Shown here piece after piece: positions 39,801 through 50,300 of a stretch of DNA of 64,000 bases (its first letter is position 1; each line of letters starts with the position of its first letter). Under the pieces are notes generated by a model that was not told where the DNA came from, did not search any database, and saw only the letters and a program-made list of their open reading frames with translations. Made by a program: the position numbers and the translations under genes. The DNA lies in assembly GCA_965112155.1 (NCBI GenBank), contig OZ218104.1; one strand, written 5' to 3'. The DNA is from Podarcis liolepis (taxonomy: Eukaryota).

Positions 39801-42800
39801 TTCCCATCTGCTGCTAGTACAGGTTTAAGATTCTGGTACTGGTGTATAAAGTCCTGAGTACCTTAGGCTCATCTTCCCCTGTATGTCACAAGCAGATCAT
39901 CCAGGGGGAGAACTACTGGTGCTTCCTCATGAACCAGAAGCACAACTCTGTGTGCTTTGAGTGCAGTGGGCTGCGTGGCACTCCCTCCCACCAGAAGTCA
40001 GCCAGAATCTTTGCTGAGTTTCACACGTCCAGTTAAAACCTTTTTACTTCAGGAGGACTTTGCATCATGAATGTTTTTTCTTTAAAATTCTGAGGTTTAT
40101 GTTTTAAATTTTGTATGTTTATTTTTTTATTGCTGTTAACCGCTTTGAGACCTACAGTGCATGGTGAAAAGCAGAATATACATTTTCAAAATAAACAAAT
40201 AATGAATAAGAGAAGTCATGGCCGGGTATTGTTCACCCAGCTTCATAATTTGCATAATTTGTTTCACAGTGGTACCTTGGTTCTCTAACTTAATCCATTC
40301 AACTCCCGAAACTGTTCGAAAACCAAGGCACGGCTTCTGATTGGCTGCAGGAGCTTCCTGCACTCAAGTGGAAGCCAGGTTGGATGTTCGGCTTCCGAAA
40401 AACATTTGCAAACCGGGTTACTTCCGGGTTTGCGGTGTTCAGGAGCCAATTTGCTCAGGAACCAAGCCGTTTGAGAACCAAGGTACCACTGTAATTTTTT
40501 TTAAAGAAACTTTGTGCAATGCAATAGCTAATTAAACACCAGTTTAAGCTATGTTGCCTCTTCTCCCCATTGTTCAGGCATGCTGGCTCCAAAGCAATAC
40601 AGTGGTACCTCGGGTTAAGAACTTAATTTGTTCTGGAGGTCCGTTCTTAACCTGAAACTGTTCTTAACCTGAAGCACCACTTTAGCTAATGGAGCCTCCT
40701 GCTGCCGCCGCACCGCCGGAGCACAATTTCTGTTCTCATCCTGAAGCAAAGTTCTTAACCCGAGGTACTACTTCTGGGCTAGCAGAGTCTGTAACCTGAA
40801 GTGTATGTAACCTGAAGCGTATGTAACCCAAGGTACCACTGTACTAGTTTTCAGAGTTCAGCTCTAGAATGTGTAAAGGGCTTGCTTACCACTCCAAAAC
40901 AACCTCCAACACTTACCCAACTTAATATCTTCACTTTTGTAGTTGGATACATCTGGTGTGTGGACTGGGAACTCGCTGAGATTCACTTCTTTCCTGGCAA
41001 AGCAAAAGAGGAGGGTTCTGATTTTGCATTTCTAGCACTAGATTATACATCATCTCATCCGTGCAACGGATGGCAATGGACTCTGCTTGACACTTTTGAA
41101 CTTTTAATCACTCAGGGTGTTATTTCAATGAGCACAGAGGCTAGAAGAAAATGTTTGCTTAAATGAACATTGATGGCCACTAGCTAATATAAACTGAGGC
41201 TGCTTTAAAATGCAACACTTTGTCAGGATGTTTGCCTGAACCCCATAAGTAAACAAATAGATGCTATTTAGATGATAAGCTGGAGAAGAGCAACATCTGA
41301 TGGTTAACTGCAACCCAAGTGAGACATTAGTCCAGGAACGGCATATCAGATCAGTTCATACTGGATTTTTTTAACAAATGAAATCCTCATGCATTCGTAA
41401 TTTCAATGTTCTACTTATTGATGGACAACAAGACCCTTTGGTGCAAGGAACCAGTTTCTACTCACTCATCAAATTTTCTCACGTTGCACTCAAAACCTAG
41501 AAAAGAGAAAGAAAAGTCACTCAAGGGCTTTGACATCAGGGAACCATTTTTTGCAGGCATGAATAAGCAGTCACAAACCAATTCACATCTCATTTTCATG
41601 ATGCTTGTTGATCGAACCAGTTCCCACTGTAGCAGCCATCCATTCTGAACTGACAAGATACTATGGGGTGCACATACGTGCCTGAATCAGACAAGGTACT
41701 TTCTTTTGGGAAACCCCGTTCATACCTCTTGCAATCTGTGCTATAATGGAGTCGAGGAATGGATTTCATTCATTACAAAATAAATGCACTCCTCTACTCA
41801 GAACTCCTTCAAACCTCAGCTCAAAACCCACAAATGGGTGGACCTTCCTAGGATGGAGAGCAGAAGGTCAAGCAGGGCTGTGTGTATGCGACTTCAGCTG
41901 ATGCAGGAAGCTAGAGAGACAGAGGCTTGTCTCGCTCTGGGCTAGACCCAAATCTGTGGCTTGGGGATCGTCCTGGGAATCTAATGAGGAAGAAAGATCT
42001 ATGGGTGTGTTAATGTTGTGAGCCTCTCTATCCTAGGCTCAGATTGAATATATGTGTAAATAAAACCATAAAGATACTCCAGTCTCCTGTGACCTTCATT
42101 CCAAAGAAACTGAACCCTGGGAGAGTGCAGATACCCCTGAAACAGTATTGAAAGTGGGGTTGCATATAACTGCCCCCAACACCATCACGAGCACAAAATC
42201 ACCATGAACACAAAATAAATAGGACATCAGTAGGGCTCCAGATGCCCAGAAACTCACCTCTTCTCCGGCGCTTGCGTGTGACGAGTACCACAAGGATCAG
42301 GAGCAGAATAAAGAGCAGCAGTGTTGCCAGGATGTACCCTAACTGGTGGAAGAAATGAGCACGGCTCTCAGGAATGATGACATTGATCACGTTGTGGCCA
42401 CGGCCGGCGTTCGGATCTGGGTGGCAGAGAGGGAAACCGAGAAGAAGGGGTGGGTCAGTGGTTCTTCTTGCAAAGGGGAAGAAACTAACAAACTAGGTAA
42501 CAGCTCAAAACAAACCAGACTGTAGCTCAATGGTATAGAGTACATGCTTTGCATGTAGGAAGTCATAGCCTCAGCCTCTGGGAAGCGCATAGGCAGGGCA
42601 TGTTGGCAACAGACCATTCCAATGGTTGCCCTTCAGCACATGATCATAGGATGCTGTCTTATCCCAAGTCTGATCCCTGGTCCATCTAGCTTAGTGCTGT
42701 CATGGCACAATTAAAGTATCAGATTTTAGCTGTCTGATATTAACCCGTAGGTAACTGCAAGGGTGGCTGAGCTTCTGTCAATAGTATCTCTTAGAGTGAT

Positions 42801-45300
42801 GAATGGCACAGTTTAGCAGGAAGACACTCCAATTAAAATTTCTGTTTCTATATATCTGATATGGCTGCTTCTTTGCATATTGTTTTTGAAAATTGTATAT
42901 GGATGTTTTAAGATGGTCTATATCTGCAATGCCTAATAAAGGTTTGGAGAAAGAAAGAAGCTTAATGCTGTCTACACTGACATGCAGCAGTATCCCAGGG
43001 TTTCAGGAATATTTCAGCACCTTACCTGGAGATGCTGGGGATTGAACCTGGGTCCTTCTGCATGCAAGGCAGGTGCTCTACAGGCTTGAGCTACAGCCCT
43101 TTCCTGGGCTGCACATTCAGGGATATACTGCTAAATGGAGGCGCCACTTAGCTATCATGGCCAATAGCCATTGATAGACTGGTCCTCCTCCATCCCTTTG
43201 TCTAATCCTCTTGCGGCAGTAGATTCCATATATTAATCACGGGCCCTATCACTGAGAAGTATATCCTTTTGCCTGTCTCAACTCTTCTGAAAAATCAGCT
43301 TCAATCAATGAGCCTCACAGAAGAAAGGGAGAAAATAAATGTTTTCCATTAGACTGTAGGCTCAACTCTTAATGGCTGCCACCACTAACATCTATGGAAC
43401 AAAATAACATAGCGCACATCATACCAAGTTACGCCATTTGTCCATCTGGGTTACTCTAATCCATGGGTAGGCAAACTAAGGCCCAGGGGCCAGATCCACC
43501 CCAATGGCCTTCTAAATCCGGCCCCCGGACAGACCGGGAATCATCATGTTTTTACAAGAGTAGAATGTGTCCTTTTATTTAAAATGCATCTCTGGGTTAT
43601 TTGTGGGGCATAGGAATTTGTTCATCCCCCCCCCCATATAGTCCGGCCCCCCACAAGGTCTGAGGGACAGTGGACCAGCCCCCTGCTGAAAGAGTTTGCT
43701 GACCCGTGCTCTAATCAGCAGCAACTGTCTGAGCCAGAAGTTTATCAAATCACTTGCTGTTGGGGTTTTTTAACTAGTTTCTCATTTTCCCAAATTTTAA
43801 CTCCAGTTCTGCACATATGGGTAAAATGGATAGCTCAGTTGGTTAGAGTGTGGTGCTAATAATGCCAAGGTTGCAGGTTCGATCCCTGTATGGGACAGCT
43901 GCTTGCAGGGGGTTGGACTAGATGGTCCACAGGGTCCCTTCCAGCTCTTATGATTCTGCAATTCTAATTCTGCGACCAACAATCCGCAAGCAAATCGGGA
44001 TGAGTGCTCATTGCTGTATAACCGATCCACCAACAATTCAGAATGAATCCTAAAGAAAAACCAGGCACAGCCTATCTAACTTCTGTGTAAGCTTCCTGCA
44101 GGCAAATCAGAATGGATGCTCAATCAACAGATCGTTCGGAGGAACCTTATGTGCTGTAAACCTTACCGAGGGGAAGGAATGTTGAGGCAGGCCAAGAGAG
44201 TGAGTTTAGATAAAACAAAATAAAACCACACATGCGTGTACACACTGAAAAAAGAACAGCAATGCAGGGAGTAAGCCAGAAATCCATTCCTCTGCAGGGC
44301 GTATGTTGAGCTGGAGAAGGGAAACTTTAGAGAAAGTCGCCAGTGCGGAATGTATCTCTCTGGACAGATTAACCAGGCAGATCATGTTTAAAAGAGAGAT
44401 TTGGAGCCATTCAAAGGGGTTAGACAAATCCAGATGAGCGGCTGATAGCGGCAGTCTGGGTTTGTTTTGTTGAATTTACCTTGAGGGGCAGGAGGTTAGG
44501 GCAGGAGCTCCTTTTGCTTTGTGGAATGTCTCACTGCCCACACCCAACACAAGTCTGAACCGCAGTCCCTATCAGTGGTGGCTAGTGCCCATTGGGACTG
44601 ATGGAGTGGCTGTAGACATGCAAGGAGGCTGAGATTTCTGCCCTGCCATGCCTTTCCTCCTTTCTGCTTCAGTTCTGGTTCCACTAAAACCTATGTTGCT
44701 CATTTGGCTATCCACTATGGCCGGAACTAATGCAGTAAGTACTGGGCTGCATCCAACGAATTTTTACTGGGAGCAAGCCCACTGAAATTAACGAAAGTCA
44801 GATATGCCCATTGATTTCAATGGCTCTACTATGAGTAGGACTAGCATTGGATACAACCCCATTAAATTAAATACTTAATTAACTTCAATGGGAGGGAAAC
44901 ACAGAAAGTGACAAAACGGTTTATGTTACATATACGAAGAAGAAAACAATGATAGCAAACACAGCTCGTTTTTGCTTGCGTGATTTCCATTCCTGACCTT
45001 GGGGCAAACCTGCCGATTGTGGCAATTAACCCTCACATTTCTGTTTCCGACGGAATTCTCCATCTTCTTCTCTAGGCGGAAGGCAAGGAAACCGACAGTA
45101 GGTGGAGACATAGCCAACTCATTTGCATTTTGTCCCCATCTGAGACTAAGGGGGAGTGCTGCAACCTGGACTGGTTATGAGTAAAAATGCAGGCAATTCT
45201 CACAGTGGCCAACCAGATGTCTATGGAAAACCTGCACTTTTCCTGATTGTGATTCCCAGCAACTGGTATTCAGAGGCATACTGCCTCTGACAGCTGAAGC

Positions 45301-45351
<51 letters not shown>

Positions 45352-47257
45352 ATTTATATACAATTTACAGAGCCATTGTGGCAAGTAGCCATGGCAAGCC
45401 TCCTCCTCTAGACAGGCGTTTGATCTGATCAAGCAGGGCTAACTCAAAATTAGGCAAAATTTCAACTCTTTTCCCACTAAAACTTAAGCTACAAGGCAGC
45501 CTTCAAGCCCAGTAAAGACACTGCAACATATGTTGAAGATGTTCTAATTGATGATGATAACGCCACGATAACCTTCCCTTTTCACAAAATATGAGCAATC
45601 CATAAAAACAGGCAACAGATGGCTTATTGCTGTTGCGGTTTTTAAAAGAAAAATGCTGGGGGGGGGGAGGGGGGAGGAGAAGCACCTTCCACTGAAAGCC
45701 ATAGAGTTAACTTCAGATTTGACAGCGAGGATCAGCCAAAATAGAACTAGGCCATGTTGATATTGTAAGCAGAATAACATTTCCTGTCTAGAGAACTGTT
45801 CCAGATTTGGAGCTGCGCCCAGGATTAAGAGGATCCAAGGAAATGCTTCGTGGCTATGATTTTTCTTTATCTTTCCTTACGTGCGCATATGTGTTTTAAG
45901 GCTCTGTCCCTGTAGGAGTTTACACGGTCACACAGCGGGGGTTCAAGAGGCGGTTGCAGCAACTCTCGCTGCTGAGTAAACACAAATCTACTTCCCACTG
46001 CGCTGCTTTTTAGGGGCGGAGGAAGGGGGGTGCGGGGGTGCAGACAGTCCCGGGTGTCACCACTGAGGGGGGTGACAAAATCCCAGGTGGCACTCACCAC
46101 AGGGCCTGCAGCGCACCTGAGCCACGCATCTCTCCTGGGAGAGACACGGTGGCTTGGGCGCGGCAGGCTCCGTGCTGCCCAAATGGCAGGAGGCTGGCAG
46201 ACTCCAGAGGCCCCGCAGTGTGCCTCGCCCTTATGGGCGGCTCGTCCTGCCCCTGGGCACGCCACCCCAGGTTCCCGAGCGGCTTCCTCCACCGCTGCCT
46301 CTTTCCCCCAGTATTGGGGGAAACCGAACATGCAGTGAAGAGGGAAGATTCATGACAGACAGAAGAAAGTAAGAACATAAGAAGGACCTGGTGGATCAGG
46401 CCAATGGCCCATCTAGTCCAGCATCCTTCTCTCACAGTGGCCACCTGTGGGAAACCAGCAAGCAAGATCCCGAGCGCCAGAGCACTCTCCCCTCCTGTGG
46501 TTTCCAGCAGAAGCTTGCCTGCGGAGGATAGCCATCGAAGCTAGCAGCCTTCTCTGGTTTTTGGTTTTTTTTAGTACAGTGGGTGGTGCTGTGGGTTAAA
46601 CCACTGAGCCTAGGGCTTGCTGATCAGAAGGTCAGCGGTTCGAATCCCCATGACGGGGTGAGCTCCTGTTGTTCGCGCCTTGCTCCTGCCAACCTAGCAG
46701 TTTGAAAGTACGTCAAAGTTCAAGTAAATAAATCGGTACCGCTCCGGCGGGAAGGTAAAGGGTGTTTCCGTGCACTGCTCTGGTTCGCCAGAAGCGGCTT
46801 AGTCATGCTGGCCATGTGACCCGGAAGCTGTACGCCGGCTCCCTCAGCCAATAAAGCGAGATGAGCGCCGCAACCCCAGAGTCAGCCACGACTAGACCTA
46901 ATGGTCAGGGGTCCCTTTACCTCTGGTTGAGAACGGGATCCGTTCTGGAGGCCGTTCGCAACATGAAAAGCCCGCAACCTGAAGTGCCGTATCTGCGCAG
47001 GTGAGTGGCACAATTTGGCTCTTGAGTACATGCGTGAGCAGCGAAACCCAGAAGTAACCCTTTCTGGTACTTCCGGGTCACCGCGGGACGCAACCTGAAA
47101 AAACGTATCATGAAGCAAACGTAACATGAGGTATGACTGTACTTCTTCACACAATACAATAGTTAAACCACCAGAATTTGATCCCGCGAAAGGTAGTGCC
47201 TTATAAAGGGGATCAGACAAACTCATGGAGGAGAAGGCTACCCATGGCTAGAAGCCA

Positions 47258-47331
<74 letters not shown>

Positions 47332-50300
47332 TACTTTCCCTTACTGTCGGAGGCAGTAAACCTCTAGGTTCTAGTTGGCAGGAATCACAAAAGGGGAGAG
47401 TTCTCTTAGCCTCAGGTCCTGCTTGTTGGCTTTCCAGGGGCATCCGGTTGACCATTATCAGAAGAGGATGCTGAGAGTGGATGTAATGGGAGGATGGGCA
47501 TTATTCCTAACTGTTTATTGCTAGGATTAGTGGGATGTTTGGGTGGGTGTGGGGGTGTGAGGAGAGCTGAGTGCAAAGGTCTGATCCAGCAGAGCTCTTC
47601 TTGTAATCTTTACAAGCCGGTGAGAACTTCCAGCTGCCTTTCCGAAGCGAAAAGACAGAAGGAAAATAAATACTGTTCCCATTGGTTCAGCAAGTTCTCC
47701 CTGTTCAGAAAAAGAAAAGAAGGGAAAACTCCACCCAGGAGTTTGAGATGTGGAAGGGGGCAGGAAACACCCCCCCCCCAAAAAAAAAAATCAGCTGTTT
47801 TTGTTATGCACTGCTTAGAAATATATTTCCCTCAGGATTTGGGACAATTTTCTGGTTGTAATCGAAATAAATTCCACTCGTTGTTTGGGGGGTGGATGGG
47901 AACGGTTTCTTCTCCTTCAGTTTCTCTATGATTGGTTTGTTTGTTTGTTTTTCAACTTTGCATGTGCAAATTTGAATTGTGCCTTCTGACTTATTCCCAT
48001 AAGGCCAGCTGCTCCCATATGGCATCTGATTTCTCTCCCCCCCCCCCATTCCACCACTCGTGAACCCAACACACTGTGGTGCTCCATAAACTACCATCAC
48101 CCAGCCCATTAAAAAAATATCATGCCATCTTCAGCTTCAATATTAAACAGCCAATAAATATTAAAGGCATGATAAATATTTTAAAATGTTAATAAGCATT
48201 GAGCTGTACCCTGCAGGTTTTCTTTAAAAAATGATTTCAAAACTCCACATATATTTCTCACTGTTTTGATTGGGATAGCTTTAAAAAGAGAACAAGATTG
48301 AAAGGTACCTACTTATTCTGGAGATGGAAAACATGGAATGGAGTGAAACTGAGAAGGATGTGGCTCTTTTGAGCTTTGGGCAACCATTTTCCACATTGAC
48401 CTGTTTGTCATGGAACCCCTGTTGCAAAGGATTCTGGTACGTAAGTGACGTTGCACACCTGATTCACCCTTGAATCCTCCACAACAGGAGTTCCACGATG
48501 GTGTCATGACCCTGAAGTCCACAGGGTCACAGTGGGCTGAGGAGCTGGACCATGTTCCTGGCTCTGAGGTTGATGGTGGTGGACAAGAGCTCACTGAACC
48601 GGAGACACCGCACCAGGACTCCTAAAACCAGAGCAGGAACCAACACAGGTGGAGGGGGGAAAGCCATCTGAGAAGGAATCCCTATCCTTATTGGGACAGG
48701 AGGGGGGGTAGGAAGGTGAGCTTGAACCACCTCCCTTCCGAACTGAGGCCTACGTGAGGAGGTGTCACCTCAGATACCTTGTTCTTATGAGTGGGCAAAC
48801 TGTTATGATGAGGTGGTCATTTCTCTCCCCCCCACCCCCCCGAAAATAAGTATCTTATATTCATGTGGTGGAGAAATCATTGTGAGGGTAACATCCATTT
48901 TCTCGCAAGAAAGATCCTTGCCTTTCTTAAGGGGGCTTATTTGTTGTTGTTGTTATTGCTGAAGAAGCAGCCATTTTCTTCAGAGCAAAGACCCTTATCT
49001 TTCACAAGGAGACAATAATTTGTTCAAGGGGCAGCCAATTTCTCTCAACCGAGTTCCTTGGGTTGTATCCAGTGCTAATCATACTTAGAGTAGACCCACT
49101 GAAATTAATACACATAACCAACTTCAGTCCATTCATTCCAATGGGTCTTCTATGAGTAATACATAGTTGGCATCAACCTCTTCTATAGATAAGATAAAGA
49201 AGCAGCCATTTTCTTCTCACAACAAAGTTCCTTATCTTTCACAAGGGGGCAAATGTTTTCCTGCAGCAAAATTGCCTCCTTTGATGCAGCAAAAAGTGCC
49301 TCCTTTGATGGAAGACCAATTTTGACTCCGTGCGTGTTGAAACTACCTACCTGCAGCCGGCGCATTGTGTCGAGTGAAGTTCACCACCACCACCTTCTTT
49401 TCCGGTTCCGGCTCCACAACAGAGACCTGGAAGATCCTGCGCTCATGAAGGCCACAGTAATGATGGTGGAGGTGGCAGGAATAGGTGCCTTCATCAGCCA
49501 CTTCCAAACCGGATATCCTCAAGGAGAAGTCTCCCTGGGCAAAAGCCTTGTCAGTGATATTCATCTTTTGCCGGATAAACAAGGGACCATAAGAACGCCC
49601 CTCTCCAGAGGCGTACAGGTCAATGAGGCGATCGGCCTTGTCATGAGGCACCCCTGGTGGCTGCCAGTCCCAGTGGACCACCTGCTGGTCCTCTTCGTCG
49701 TGCCGCTCGGTCCAGATTTGGTTCCGGTTAATACAGGGGAGTAAGACGGCGCTTCCCTTCAGGGCCACGATCACAACTTTCTCCCCATCCCAAAACTTCT
49801 GCACTTCTTCGACTGTTGAAAGAACCGTGCAAAAGATACAGTGAGGGGGGGAAAGTATTTGATCCCTTGCTAAATTTGCCCGTTTGCCCTCTGATGAAGA
49901 AATGACCTGTCCGTAATTTTAATGGTAGGTTTATTGTAGCTGTTTGCCAAGCACTGGGAAGTTCAAAGCAACCTTTGCTGTGACAAGCCTATAAGCGCCA
50001 ACTCTCCTCACCAACATGCTATGAAAAAAGACAGGCATGGAAATAGGTGTGTCTTCCAACAAAGACCCATATCTCCAAGAACTATGAGGCCATGGAGAAG
50101 CTCAGTTACCTTCCCTGACCTCTACTCAGTGACTTTAGCTTTTGGTCTTCGATGCTTGGTTCTGGAGTGCTTTATTCTATTTTGACTTGACTTTGTGTTG
50201 CCTAGACCAGGCATGAGGAACCGCTGACCCTCTAGATCAGGGTTTCCCAAACTTGGGTCTCCAGCTATCTTTTTTGGACTATGGTTCCCATCATCCCTGA

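Noticed and set aside
47178-47474. ORFs with poly-Tyr, poly-Asn or poly-Ile tracts (also 5723, 20395, 45175)
   Set aside because: Translations of (ATT)/(AAT) microsatellites.
49253-49744. Plus-strand 163-aa ORF (also 53535-54047, 51662-51988)
   Set aside because: Antisense shadows of MXRA8 exons.
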